Below, piece by piece: positions 53,971 to 64,000 of a stretch of DNA of 64,000 bases. The stretch comes from Bdellovibrionota bacterium. Its GTDB lineage: Bacteria; Bdellovibrionota_C; UBA2361; OMIW01. How positions within the stretch are numbered: position 1 is the first letter of the stretch; each line of letters opens with the position of its first letter. The notes under the pieces are model-generated. The model was given only the letters and a program-made list of their open reading frames with translations. It was not told the origin of the DNA and searched no databases. The stretch is from NCBI GenBank assembly GCA_044235645.1, contig JBIIHQ010000006.1:85952-149951 (forward strand). The letters are read 5' to 3'. The position numbers were made by a program, and so were the translations under genes.

Positions 53971-54206
53971 AAGTTCTCCACCAGTACCTCATCTCGAAGT
54001 ACCATAGAGGGTAAATCCTCCAACTCCCTCCCGTTTCATCGGTGAGATGTTGATGACCACGCTTTCTCCGCTCTCGGATTCATGTCAGGTATGGAATTGG
54101 GGAGTACATCAGCGTGTTGAGAGAACCAGAAGGAATTTTTCCTCCGCCACCATCGGAGCGGGGCTCTGTCTGTTGATCGGTACGAGATCCAAAAAGGGGG
54201 TGTATC

Positions 54207-55646
54207 TTGAATTCCCAGTGGAGCGCTATTGAGTTTGAGCGTGTCGTCAACCGGATAGAATCGAAATGGATCCCGGTCAATCACCAATTTGGGCATGAAC
54301 TAATTCAAGACCTCGCCACGGGTACGTTTGATGAGACCCCGGAAAAGCTGGTCGAAACACTCCGGCTTGATATCGCTCTCTACCTCTTCGTTATCAAAGA
54401 GCTGGCTATTCGAGGTCGATCCCTCGGCATCGGGGTGTCAAGTCTCAAAAATCCCGAGGAAATCCTTAGTTGCGTGCCAAGTCGCTCGATTGCTTCGATC
54501 GTTTCCCGAGCCGTCGAGACAATTCCGGACCTGAAAGCATCCTCTCTTCTTGCCGATCGGATACTCGAAACCCTCGAGGTGAGTGTTACCGCCTATTCTG
54601 GCGGGAAACAAACGGAATCTGCTTCCACCCTGTTTGGAATCAGCATAGCTCGACAAATGGGGAACCTTCTGATTGCGTTCTCGTTCCCTGATGAGTATTG
54701 CGCGATGATGTCTGATCTCAAATCATTTGATGGCTTTGAGCTGGCGTGTCGCGAAGTATTGGGATTCACCCCTCTTCGATTAACCTCCAAACTTCTCATG
54801 CGGTGGGGATTTCTCGCGACGCTCCCGCTTCTCGGCGAACCGACCCCACGAACAGATCCGGCAGAATCTAAGGGGAGCGTGGATGAATCAGTCACGGGAT
54901 TACGGGAGATCTGCGCAGCCTCTGAGCTTTTAGCAAAAACGCGTCGCGAGCTTCTGTATCCGGGAGCCACTGATGCGTGGTCATCATTCCAGGAAAGCTG
55001 GCCCTCCGCAGCGCAGCTCCTGCCAGAGAACCCCTCCCCAGACGACCTAAAACTGCTCCTTCGGGAGTATCAACGGGTGATTCCCTCTCTCTGTTCTGCT
55101 GGGGTAAGCTCCGATCCAATGCTCTTGAGGAGTGCTCGAGAACAAGATCCGGTCCTTCGTCAAAACCCGTTCATATCCCGGTGCAAAGGAGCGTGTCGTG
55201 ACGACCTCACCGATTTATACCAACGGATGCCACTCGGTGGCCCGGCACCAGAGCTACTATCCCCGCTCATCAAGAACACCATTTCAGTTGCCGGGTTCTC
55301 GGCTGTCGTCATTTTTACTCTCAACCCCGATTCCCGCGAACTCGTTCCCGTGATGTGGGTCGGCAATCCCCAGACTATTTCGATTACCCCCGCCCCTCTC
55401 CACGATAAGTCCCTCATTGTAACCCGCGCTTATCTGGCAAAGCGTCCCCTCATCTGGAGGACTCGACTGCCTGGCCCTCCTCAACGAGAGGTCGCCTCGA
55501 TCAGCTGGATACTGGGATTTTCTCGTCGCATAGGGGTAACTCATCTAGAGATGCCTGGCGAGGAGTTCTCTTCCTCCGATATCGAATACCTCTACCACTT
55601 CAAAGCCATCTGTCAGGCGCTCAATGATATGCTCGGGCTCAACTGA
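54207..55646 (+). CDS. Degenerate HDOD-domain protein with GAF-like C-terminus
   Basis: LRLDIALYLFVIKEL, IARQMGNLLIAFSFPDEY and REVLGFTP..LLMRWGF parallel HDOD motifs, with HD replaced by RQ. Start uncertain. Confidence 0.6.
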   Translation: MNSQWSAIEFERVVNRIESKWIPVNHQFGHELIQDLATGTFDETPEKLVETLRLDIALYLFVIKELAIRGRSLGIGVSSLKNPEEILSCVPSRSIASIVSRAVETIPDLKASSLLADRILETLEVSVTAYSGGKQTESASTLFGISIARQMGNLLIAFSFPDEYCAMMSDLKSFDGFELACREVLGFTPLRLTSKLLMRWGFLATLPLLGEPTPRTDPAESKGSVDESVTGLREICAASELLAKTRRELLYPGATDAWSSFQESWPSAAQLLPENPSPDDLKLLLREYQRVIPSLCSAGVSSDPMLLRSAREQDPVLRQNPFISRCKGACRDDLTDLYQRMPLGGPAPELLSPLIKNTISVAGFSAVVIFTLNPDSRELVPVMWVGNPQTISITPAPLHDKSLIVTRAYLAKRPLIWRTRLPGPPQREVASISWILGFSRRIGVTHLEMPGEEFSSSDIEYLYHFKAICQALNDMLGLN

Positions 55647-55808
55647 GCCGCTCGTCATCAAGCAAATCGGCATCGGCCCATTCAAAATTTGACTGAAGTG
55701 ATGTAGGATTAACGAATTAATTGGATTACCGTTTCTGATGGGACGGTAGGGGCCTTAGTCTTTGTACCGGGCCGTTTGGGGTAGCATTTCATCCTTATCG
55801 TATTACCC

Positions 55809-58310
55809 ATGACCACAAAAGTTCTCAAGTTCGGCGGAAGCTCAGTAGCGAATGCCGATCGAATTCTCGCAGTGGTAGAGATAATCCGCCTCGCACAACT
55901 CGGAGGGGCGCATCCCCTCGTTGTCGTCTCCGCGCTGCAAGGGGTGACGGACGATCTGATAAGAAGCGCTCGCACAGCTGTTGCGGGTGATCCATCGTAT
56001 CGGGAGGCGCTCGCCGCGCTAAGATTCAGACATCATGAAACTGCGAGGGGAGCGATCTCATCTCTCTCCTCTTCTCCCACGCCCGAAAACCACATCTCCT
56101 CCCCCCTGGGCGAACACCCGTTGACATCGTCGATAGACCAGATCTTCGATGAGCTTGAGGCGCGTCTTACCGGGGTCCACCTTCTTCGGGAGCTGTCGTC
56201 CCGAACCCTCGACGCCGTCATGTCCGTCGGTGAACGACTCTCCGCGCAGATCGTAGCCGCTGCCCTCTCTGATCAGGGGATCGCCGCAACCTTTGCGGAT
56301 GCTCGGGATTTGGTACTTACTAATGCGTCATTTGGCAACGCGCTCGTCCACGACGATGAGACATTCGCTCGAATCAGAGGGTTTGCATCGACCCACCCCG
56401 ATGTCGTCGTATTGACAGGTTTCCTCGGGGCGACTCAAAACGGTGAAACGACTACTCTTGGGCGAGGGGGCTCCGATTACACGGCGTCAATCGCGGGAGC
56501 CGCGGTGGGTGCCTCACAGATCGAGATCTGGACCGATGTCAGCGGGGTACTGACGTGCGACCCCCGAAAGGTTCGGCGGGCATTTCCCGTCCCCTACCTA
56601 TCGTATGAAGAGGCGATGGAGCTTTCGCACTTTGGTGCAAAGGTTATCTATCCTCCGACCATGCGGCCGGCGATGTCCCGGGGTATTCCTCTCGTCATAA
56701 AAAACACCTTTGATCCGGCAGCGGCTGGCACCGTCATCGGGGCAACCCCCGGCGATGCGACTGAGGCAATACGGGGAATATCCTCGATCGATCAGCTCGC
56801 ACTCGTTCGAGTTCAGGGAAGCGGGATGGTCGGAGTTTCAGGGATGGCGATGCGTCTTTTTCGGGCGCTCGCGGCTGCCGAGGTTAATGTTATACTTATT
56901 ACCCAAGCATCCTCGGAACACACGATCTGTGTTGCCATACGACCTGCTCAATCGGCAGTCGCCGAGGGGGCGATTCGTCAGGAGTTTTCGTACGAACTCC
57001 GTTCATCACTTATCGATCCCCCAATCATCGACGACGACTATGCAATTGTCTCGGTTGTTGGAGATGGGATGCGTAATACTCCCGGGGTTGCCGCCACGCT
57101 CTGCCACTCGCTCGCAGAAAACGGGGTCAATATCGCCGCGATCGCCCAGGGATCATCGGAGAGAAACATCTCGGTGGTCATCCGACGCCTCGATCAAAGA
57201 AAAGCGTTGAACGCGATTCACGACAGATTTTTCCTCTCTCACCTCCGCACCCTGAACGTGTTCATTGTCGGCCATGGGCTTATCGGGAGAACGCTCATCG
57301 AACAGATACTTGAATATCGTGATAGCCTCAAAACAGACCATCATGTTGAGCTTTCAGTCGTGGGGCTGAGCACCTCAAGCCGAATGGTGATCGACGAGGA
57401 TGGTATTCCGCTCGACGATCCCGAGGGCCTCCTTCAATCGATTGGCGAACCGGCCGATCTCTCCACCTTCATCCAACGAATGATTGACCTCAACCTTCCT
57501 CATTCCGTGTTCGTCGATTGCACCGCGAGCGAAGAGGTTCCTCATTGGTATCACTCCATCCTTTCGCGTCATATCGCGGTGGTGACCCCAAACAAAAAAG
57601 GACAGTCGGGGGCTCTGGTTTCGTATCGGCTCATTAAAGAGGCATCGAAGCTCCCCGGTTCACGGTTTCTCTTTGAAACAAGTGTCGGCGCGGGCCTCCC
57701 TGTGATCGGAACCCTCAACGATCTTCGTCGCAGCGGTGACTCGATACGGACGATTGACGCAGTCCTGAGTGGGACCCTCAGTTATCTGTTTAACACGCTC
57801 GTCCCCGGTCGGCCGATGAGCGAACTCATTCGGGGCGCCCGCGAGCAAGGTTTTACTGAACCCGATCCTCGCGACGATCTGAGTGGTCTTGATGTGGCCC
57901 GGAAACTCCTTATTCTCGCCCGGGAAGCGGGGTTTGAGCTCGAGCTGGATGATATCGTGATTGAAAATCTTGTTCCCGAACCTCTCCGCTCGCTTGCGAC
58001 TGCGGAGGAGTTTCTTGCTCGTCTTGTCGATTACGATACGGCCTTTGAACAACTGGTGACGGATGCACACGAACAGGGGCGCCGTCTCCGATATATCGCG
58101 CAATTCGATGGTACCCGTGCCTCGGTATCGCTCCAATCGGTCGGATTCGATCACCCGTTCTTCTCATTATCAGGGAGCGACAATATCCTCGCGTTCACGA
58201 CAGAACGGTACCACACAAGCCCCCTGGTTATTCAGGGCCCGGGGGCGGGAGCAGCGGTAACAGCGGCGGGCGTTTTTGCCGACATTGTGCGGGTTGCGTT
58301 GGCAAGTTGA
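55809..58310 (+). CDS. thrA: Bifunctional aspartate kinase / homoserine dehydrogenase I
   Basis: VLKFGGSSV, TTLGRGGSDY, two ACT domains, FETSVGAGLP, TEPDPRDDLSG, GPGAG. Confidence 0.97.
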   Translation: MTTKVLKFGGSSVANADRILAVVEIIRLAQLGGAHPLVVVSALQGVTDDLIRSARTAVAGDPSYREALAALRFRHHETARGAISSLSSSPTPENHISSPLGEHPLTSSIDQIFDELEARLTGVHLLRELSSRTLDAVMSVGERLSAQIVAAALSDQGIAATFADARDLVLTNASFGNALVHDDETFARIRGFASTHPDVVVLTGFLGATQNGETTTLGRGGSDYTASIAGAAVGASQIEIWTDVSGVLTCDPRKVRRAFPVPYLSYEEAMELSHFGAKVIYPPTMRPAMSRGIPLVIKNTFDPAAAGTVIGATPGDATEAIRGISSIDQLALVRVQGSGMVGVSGMAMRLFRALAAAEVNVILITQASSEHTICVAIRPAQSAVAEGAIRQEFSYELRSSLIDPPIIDDDYAIVSVVGDGMRNTPGVAATLCHSLAENGVNIAAIAQGSSERNISVVIRRLDQRKALNAIHDRFFLSHLRTLNVFIVGHGLIGRTLIEQILEYRDSLKTDHHVELSVVGLSTSSRMVIDEDGIPLDDPEGLLQSIGEPADLSTFIQRMIDLNLPHSVFVDCTASEEVPHWYHSILSRHIAVVTPNKKGQSGALVSYRLIKEASKLPGSRFLFETSVGAGLPVIGTLNDLRRSGDSIRTIDAVLSGTLSYLFNTLVPGRPMSELIRGAREQGFTEPDPRDDLSGLDVARKLLILAREAGFELELDDIVIENLVPEPLRSLATAEEFLARLVDYDTAFEQLVTDAHEQGRRLRYIAQFDGTRASVSLQSVGFDHPFFSLSGSDNILAFTTERYHTSPLVIQGPGAGAAVTAAGVFADIVRVALAS

Positions 58311-58417
58311 TCTACCGGGAGGGGCTATTACCTCATTGAGAACGGTTCTCGATCTACTCCCCACCATAATCTGCCAACCGACAACTGCTCGAACCCATTA
58401 TCTCAGCGTGCGATACT

Positions 58418-59377
58418 ATGACTACCGATACCATCATCGCCTTTGCCCCCGCGACGGTCGCCAATGTCGGCCCGGGGTTCGATATTATGGGATTCGCCCT
58501 TTCGGGGCCGGGAGATGAGGTACTCGCCTCATGGAGCGATGCTCCCGGAGTGACGATTGCGCATATATCTGGAGATGGGGGCAAGCTACCGGTCGATGCC
58601 GAGCGCAACTGCATCGGAGTCGTTGCTGCCGCACTACTCGCAGAGCGGGGAATCACGCGAGGAGTGAGACTGACGCTTACGAAAGGACTCCCGCTGGGAA
58701 GTGGCATGGGATCGAGTGCGGCAAGCAGTGCCGCTGCAGCACTCGCCGTCAACACTCTTATCGGTTCTCCCTTTCCACCTCGCGAGCTTGTTCGCTTCGC
58801 CATGATCGGGGAGGAGCGGGCATGTGGCGCTGCCCACGCCGACAATGTCGCTCCAGCACTACTGGGCGGTTTCGTCCTTGTCGCCTCGTACGAACCACTC
58901 ACTTTTGTCGAGCTTCCATGTCCATCGTCCCTTTTCTATGCCGTCATTAATCCTGATTTCGTTCTTGAGACCGCGGTCTCCCGGTCCGTTTTACCGCGCG
59001 AAGTACCCCTGGCCACCACGATTAAGCAGAGCGCCGCGCTCGCAAGATTGCTTTGCGGACTCTATCAAGACAATCACGAATTAATCACCTCCTCCCTTGT
59101 CGATTACCTTGCTGAACCAGTCCGGCTCCCCCTGATTCCCGGGAGTGACACCGTTAAGCGCGCGGCGATTGACGCAGGAGGGTACAACTGTACGATTTCA
59201 GGTTCGGGTCCGTCTCTCTTTTCGTTGTGTCCATCGCTCGAGGTTGCAGAGCAGGTCGGTCACGCAATGAAGGGCGCGTTTGCGACCCACGCTATTAACG
59301 CGACGGCGCACACCGGTCAGATAATTCGACATCCCCCCCGTATTTCGATTATTTCCCCTGAAATAGCCGATTCGTAA
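58418..59377 (+). CDS. thrB: Homoserine kinase (GHMP family)
   Basis: APATVANVGPGFD, PLGSGMGSSAAS, HADNVAP, ISGSGP. Confidence 0.96.
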   Translation: MTTDTIIAFAPATVANVGPGFDIMGFALSGPGDEVLASWSDAPGVTIAHISGDGGKLPVDAERNCIGVVAAALLAERGITRGVRLTLTKGLPLGSGMGSSAASSAAAALAVNTLIGSPFPPRELVRFAMIGEERACGAAHADNVAPALLGGFVLVASYEPLTFVELPCPSSLFYAVINPDFVLETAVSRSVLPREVPLATTIKQSAALARLLCGLYQDNHELITSSLVDYLAEPVRLPLIPGSDTVKRAAIDAGGYNCTISGSGPSLFSLCPSLEVAEQVGHAMKGAFATHAINATAHTGQIIRHPPRISIISPEIADS

Positions 59378-59391
59378 TACCGAGAGGTACC

Positions 59392-60726
59392 ATGGACCTT
59401 ATCACCACCACCGATCCAACAACCCTCGTTCCCTTCTCCCACGCAGTGACCCTTGGACTCTCCCCCGATGGGGGGCTTTTTATTCCACCGAGGATAACCC
59501 CCCTTCCTCCGCCATTTTGGGATGCAATCCCCGCGATGGACCGGGCCGAGCTCTGCATAACCGTTGCCGAGCATCTGTTTGGGCGAACGATTGAAGGAAT
59601 GTCAACTGCTGAGATGGTCGCCGAGGCTATCACCTTTGGTGCGCCTGTTATCCCGATTAACGACTCAATCTCCGCGCTCGAACTGTTCCACGGGCCAACC
59701 GCCGCGTTTAAAGATTTTGGCGCTCGATTTCTTGCCGCTGTGACGACCCGTATCGCTGCGACTCAGGGGCGCAGAATAACGATTCTGGTGGCAACATCGG
59801 GAGACACCGGCGGGGCTGTTGCCCACAGCTTCTGGCGGCGGCCAGGGGTGAATGTGGTGGTTCTCTATCCTGCCGGCATGGTAAGTCCGATTCAGGAGAA
59901 ACAATTCGCGGGACTCGGAGAAAATGTCCTTGCTCTTCGGGTCAGCGGGCCCTTTGACGCGTGTCAATCGCTTGTAAAAAAAGCTCTCTCGCTCAGCCGG
60001 TATCGAGAATCTCTCGGACTCACATCTGCAAACTCAATAAATATCGCGCGGCTTCTTCCGCAGGTCTTCTACTATTTTCTTGCGCATCAGGAATGGTTAC
60101 GACTGACAGAGCGGCGCTCATGGGGCAGCACCTCATCACCTGTTCCGTGGGTATGCGCGGTTCCGTGCGGCAATTTTGGGAACCTTACCGCAGGACTCTA
60201 TGCACAGCGACTAGGGGTTCCCATAACCCGATTTATCGCAGCAACAAATGCCAATGATGCCGTTCCCCGCTTTCTGGCAGGTGCGCCCTACGTTCCGCAA
60301 CCAAGCATCGCCACGATCTCGAACGCGATGGATATCGGCGACCCAAATAATATGCCCCGGGTGATGTCGCTCCACGGTAACGACCCGCACCTCGTCCGAG
60401 CATCTCTTTCGGGTCTAGCGGTCTCAGATGACACCACCATCGCCACCATGCGGAAGGTGTATGAGACAACCGGCTATATCCTCGACCCTCACGGCGCCGT
60501 CGCATATCACGCTCTCGCCACTGAGCTACGACCCAATGAGCACGGTATTTTCCTTCACACTGCTCACCCCGCAAAATTTTCCGAGGTCGTCACCACCGCC
60601 ATCGGCTTTGAACCCTCGATGCCCCCTCAACTTGCCGCTATCGCCGATCGACCTGTTTTTCCGCAGGAGATGCAGGCCGATTTCGCCGTTCTTGAGGAGA
60701 TCTTGGGGGAGATGGCTGGGGCGTGA
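59392..60726 (+). CDS. thrC: Threonine synthase
   Basis: GLSPDGGLFIP, LELFHGPTAAFKDFG, ATSGDTG, SANSINIARL, PCGNFGN. Confidence 0.97.
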   Translation: MDLITTTDPTTLVPFSHAVTLGLSPDGGLFIPPRITPLPPPFWDAIPAMDRAELCITVAEHLFGRTIEGMSTAEMVAEAITFGAPVIPINDSISALELFHGPTAAFKDFGARFLAAVTTRIAATQGRRITILVATSGDTGGAVAHSFWRRPGVNVVVLYPAGMVSPIQEKQFAGLGENVLALRVSGPFDACQSLVKKALSLSRYRESLGLTSANSINIARLLPQVFYYFLAHQEWLRLTERRSWGSTSSPVPWVCAVPCGNFGNLTAGLYAQRLGVPITRFIAATNANDAVPRFLAGAPYVPQPSIATISNAMDIGDPNNMPRVMSLHGNDPHLVRASLSGLAVSDDTTIATMRKVYETTGYILDPHGAVAYHALATELRPNEHGIFLHTAHPAKFSEVVTTAIGFEPSMPPQLAAIADRPVFPQEMQADFAVLEEILGEMAGA

Positions 60727-60757
60727 GCGAGATAAGCACCCTCTCATAACGAGGCTA

Positions 60758-61522
60758 TTACTTCCCCTCGCTCCCTCTTTTCGTAAACGCCTTGAGAAAT
60801 TCGATCGGCAGCGGAAAGAGAATAGTCGAGTTTTTATCAACCGAGATATCGCGAAGCGTCTCGAGGTATCTCAGTTGGATCGTCGTATCGTTTCTGCTCA
60901 TGATTTCAGCGGCGGCGGTCAACTTTTCTGCTGCCTGGTGCTCCCCTTCTGCCTTGATAATCTTTGCCCGCCGCTCTCGCTCAGCCTCAGCCTGCCGCGC
61001 CATCGCCCGCTGCATGTCTTGGGGCAGGTCAATATCTCGGATCTCGACGATGGATACCTTCACCCCCCACGCCGCTGTCTGATGATCGAGGATATCCTGG
61101 ATCCGTCCGTTAATCTCTTCCCGCTTCGCGAGTAGTTCATCGAGCTCAACCTGTCCACAGACACTTCGCAGTGTCGTTTGCGCGAGGCGACTCGTGAGCG
61201 CGAGATAGCTGTCGACATTTACCACTGCCGCGACCGGATCCATTACTTTGAATGCAAGAATCGCGCTTACTTTAACCGAGATATTATCCTTGGTGATAAC
61301 ATCCTGTTGAGGAACATCATAGTTGATCGTTCGCTGATCAACCATGACGATCCGGTCGACAAACGGAAGGATAAATCGAAGACCTGGTCCCTTTACTGGA
61401 CCGAGCCGTCCTAAACGAAATACCACCCCCGACTCATACTGGTTAATGACCCGAATCATCACCTTGCCGAGCGCGAACAAGACAACCGCTATTGGAACTA
61501 TTCCCGGTAAAAAAGCACCCAT
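60758..61522 (-). CDS. SPFH/band-7 (stomatin-like) protein
   Basis: YESGVVFRLGR, QDVITKDN, LAQTTLRSVCG, AMARQAEAERERRAK. Confidence 0.95.
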   Translation of the reverse strand: MGAFLPGIVPIAVVLFALGKVMIRVINQYESGVVFRLGRLGPVKGPGLRFILPFVDRIVMVDQRTINYDVPQQDVITKDNISVKVSAILAFKVMDPVAAVVNVDSYLALTSRLAQTTLRSVCGQVELDELLAKREEINGRIQDILDHQTAAWGVKVSIVEIRDIDLPQDMQRAMARQAEAERERRAKIIKAEGEHQAAEKLTAAAEIMSRNDTTIQLRYLETLRDISVDKNSTILFPLPIEFLKAFTKRGSEGK

Positions 61523-63018
61523 TACCCACCTTTCTTGACAATCAACACATTACCCTCATGCGAAGCGACAACCACCCTGTCGCCGACCCGAAACTCCTCT
61601 CCCTCAGAGGCAGAAGCAAGCCACACCTCGCCCCGTACCCGGACCCGACACCCTAATCCACGCGCCTCAACCACCTCGGCAGATAGTCCCGTTAACGCCC
61701 CAAAACCCACCGATGGGCGCTGACGACGAGTCGCTGCTATCTTCCATCCGATCGTGAGAACTATCCCAACCAACACCAGCAGTGCCGGCGCGATTGCTGA
61801 ATAAGCCACAAACAGGTCAGGGGCCTGAGCCACGTCGATAAGGGTGAGCGCCCCAAGAGCTATCGCGATAATACCACCAATTGCCAACGCTCCCGAGGGC
61901 ACGATCATCTCGAGGGCCAGTAGCAAGCCACCCGCGACGAGAAAGGTGACCCCCATCGCCGTGATGGGAATCACTTCGGAGACACTTAATGCTGCCAAGA
62001 GACAGAGCACCCCTACCACCCCGGGTAGTATCAACCCAGGATTATAGATCTCTACCCCGAGCCCCGCCGAGGCGCCGACCCAGAGGAGCGCTATCACACT
62101 TGGGTTTGCAAGCACATTCACAACCCGCCCTCGGAGCGATAACTCCTCAAACGTGACGGGAAGCGCGGAATAATCCTCAAGCACGACCGCTCCTGCAGCG
62201 GTCTTTATCGTACGTCCAGCGATTTGTCGAAGCAGCTCTGCCCGCGATTCAGCGACAAGGTCGACGACTTTAAGGGTGACCGCCTCCATCGCAGTCGCCG
62301 ATGCGCTCTCTTTTACCGCTTTTTCAGCCCACTCTGCATTTCTGCCACGCTCATTGGCAATGGAGCGCACCATACTGAGCGTTGCGTTCTCTATCTTTGC
62401 TCGCATATCCCCCTCGACGTTCTCTCCCTGTCCTCCCACAGGATGAGCTGCGCCAATAGTCGTACCCGGTGCCATCGCCGCGACATGAGCCGCCATTGTT
62501 ACAAAGAGCCCCGCCGACGTGGCGGTTCCCCCTGCTGGTGATACGTAGACGACGACCGGAACTCGAGATGTCAAAAGAGTTTGCACAATTGCTTGCGTTG
62601 AGGTGAGCATTCCCCCCGGCGTTGAAAGCTCGACAATCACGAGTTTTGCCCCAGATGACTCAGCCGAGCGGATGGCTCCCTCGATCAGATGCGCCGTACC
62701 CGGAAGAATCATCATATCGGTGGGGATGACCACGATGTGGCCGGATGAAATACGAGGGTTCGTATCTGTTTTCCCCATCCCGTTCTCTGTGGTGCCGATG
62801 GTAGGTGTGGGGAGAGTAGGTGACTGCGCCAGAGCACCTGAAAGAATTGAACTCATTCCCAACACACAGGCACTCGCCACCGTGAGCACGACCGTACGCG
62901 TCACGTCCAAACTTCGGAGGATCCGCCCACCGAATGTCGCATTCAGGTGCTTTACCGAAAGACACATACGCAGCTCCATAAACCGTGCTCTTCCCCTCAG
63001 AGAAGTGCTCATGAACAA
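61522..63018 (-). CDS. nfeD: NfeD long form (ClpP-class membrane serine protease)
   Basis: STPGG, VVVYVSPAGG, ATSAG, AAMAPGTTIGAAHP, TM region, C-terminal OB fold (VRVRGEVWLA). True start probably downstream of 63018. Confidence 0.92.
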   Translation of the reverse strand: MFMSTSLRGRARFMELRMCLSVKHLNATFGGRILRSLDVTRTVVLTVASACVLGMSSILSGALAQSPTLPTPTIGTTENGMGKTDTNPRISSGHIVVIPTDMMILPGTAHLIEGAIRSAESSGAKLVIVELSTPGGMLTSTQAIVQTLLTSRVPVVVYVSPAGGTATSAGLFVTMAAHVAAMAPGTTIGAAHPVGGQGENVEGDMRAKIENATLSMVRSIANERGRNAEWAEKAVKESASATAMEAVTLKVVDLVAESRAELLRQIAGRTIKTAAGAVVLEDYSALPVTFEELSLRGRVVNVLANPSVIALLWVGASAGLGVEIYNPGLILPGVVGVLCLLAALSVSEVIPITAMGVTFLVAGGLLLALEMIVPSGALAIGGIIAIALGALTLIDVAQAPDLFVAYSAIAPALLVLVGIVLTIGWKIAATRRQRPSVGFGALTGLSAEVVEARGLGCRVRVRGEVWLASASEGEEFRVGDRVVVASHEGNVLIVKKGG

Positions 63019-63030
63019 TCGACACCCACC

Positions 63031-63528
63031 TCACCCCTTATCGCTGAGCAGCCTCTGCAAATCCCCCCAGAATCGTCGCTTTGCATCGCGCGACTGGCGC
63101 GCATCGGCAAGCGAGACCGTCGAAATGATGTCAGCTCCGTGCGTTTGATCACCCGCTGAGCCTCCTACCATCACCGAACCGCACACGACAATCGGTACAC
63201 CACTTGGTAAATCTCCCTGCTTATCCAGCGTCAGAATGACAATCTCTTCCCATCTCCACCTCAGCCCCTGCGCGACCGCTCTCATCAAAAAATCACGGTC
63301 ATCATCATCGATAGGTGCTGATACCACAAACGCAGCACGGATGGCGGGATCTCCTTGTATATCCGCTTCCTCCCGCCCCTCGACGACAGTGTGATACGGC
63401 ACTTTATGGGCGGCGTTTATCGTCGCAGCAAAAAGTGCCCGTGGCACTCCGTGAGGATACCATCGTCGCGCAATCACCTCGATAGTCTTAAGGAGTTCAG
63501 TTCTCGATAGGGTAACCTCTGCGACCAT
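63031..63528 (-). CDS. Degenerate family-4 uracil-DNA glycosylase-like protein
   Basis: QGDPAIRAAFVV, FLMRAVAQGL..EEIVI, PIVVCG and AKRRFWGDLQ align by eye with UDG4 segments; the catalytic motifs are absent. Confidence 0.55.
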   Translation of the reverse strand: MVAEVTLSRTELLKTIEVIARRWYPHGVPRALFAATINAAHKVPYHTVVEGREEADIQGDPAIRAAFVVSAPIDDDDRDFLMRAVAQGLRWRWEEIVILTLDKQGDLPSGVPIVVCGSVMVGGSAGDQTHGADIISTVSLADARQSRDAKRRFWGDLQRLLSDKG

Positions 63529-63617
63529 TCAATATCCTCGGAATTTGTTTCCTCCGAGCTGTTTCCGCTCGGTCATCCCCTTCCTCTAATAGGCGCGGAT
63601 CGGAGAGATGTTTGCAA

Positions 63618-64000
63618 TTATTTTAGACAGAGCATCTCCGCAAGTCTTTCCATGATAACTCCCGATACCGCTCTCTTGGTACCCTCAACCCGCCTGCTCT
63701 GGGTATCTTCTTCACCCACCAGATACGCTATAGTCGAGTCACGATCAAACGCATCGTCTCCCCGATTTCCCACCAAAAGATCGACCCCTTTTGCTCGCCG
63801 CTTCCGCTGAAATTCGTTGATAAGCTCAGCTCCATGAGGGGTTGTTTCAACGGCGAATCCTACCAGAAGAGGACTCCGCACTCCCCCTCGACGACGCGAG
63901 AGGTTTGCTATTATATCGGGGTTCTGCTCAAGCACGAGCGAGCGGGTTCCACCATCGTCGCCCCCCCGCTTCTGCTTTTCCGACAGCACCACTGCTGGTC
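63618..64000 (-). CDS. coaBC: CoaBC (Dfp) C-terminal part; 5' end lies outside the window
   Basis: RP...EKQKR, LEQNPDII, LLVGFAVET, KGVDLLVGN, GTKRAVS; the frame is open to the window edge. Confidence 0.88.
   Translation of the reverse strand, partial: PAVVLSEKQKRGGDDGGTRSLVLEQNPDIIANLSRRRGGVRSPLLVGFAVETTPHGAELINEFQRKRRAKGVDLLVGNRGDDAFDRDSTIAYLVGEEDTQSRRVEGTKRAVSGVIMERLAEMLCLK

Overview
Bacterial chromosomal segment, mostly housekeeping genes. The gene set resembles former-Deltaproteobacteria/Bdellovibrionota-like lineages, but that placement is inference. Core content: fpr, an FAD-linked oxidase, a MoxR-DUF58-BatA/B(C)/D operon, pyrR-pyrB-pyrC-carA-carB, class I fumarase, pdhAB, mdh-sdhCAB, tRNA-Pro(UGG), aminopeptidase P, flhB-flhA-flhG-(flgV-like)-fliA with a sigma54 promoter, thrABC, and nfeD-SPFH downstream of a partial coaBC. 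One IS with 26-bp inverted repeats and a frameshifted DDE transposase lies upstream of pyrR. The most interesting items are: (i) at the left edge, a TraU-like ORF missed by the ORF track, preceded by a weakly TraW-like gene and divergent from a large secreted helical protein, with no mobile-element boundary visible; (ii) a 12-bp-period DnaA-box array just after the tRNA; (iii) a flagellar export/regulatory cluster that lacks flhF but keeps a FlgV-like gene; (iv) a small gene resembling a cyanophage/picocyanobacterial family; (v) an apparently catalytically dead UDG-family protein; (vi) a possible ~330-nt structured intergenic RNA. All family calls come from manual motif recognition, not database searches.
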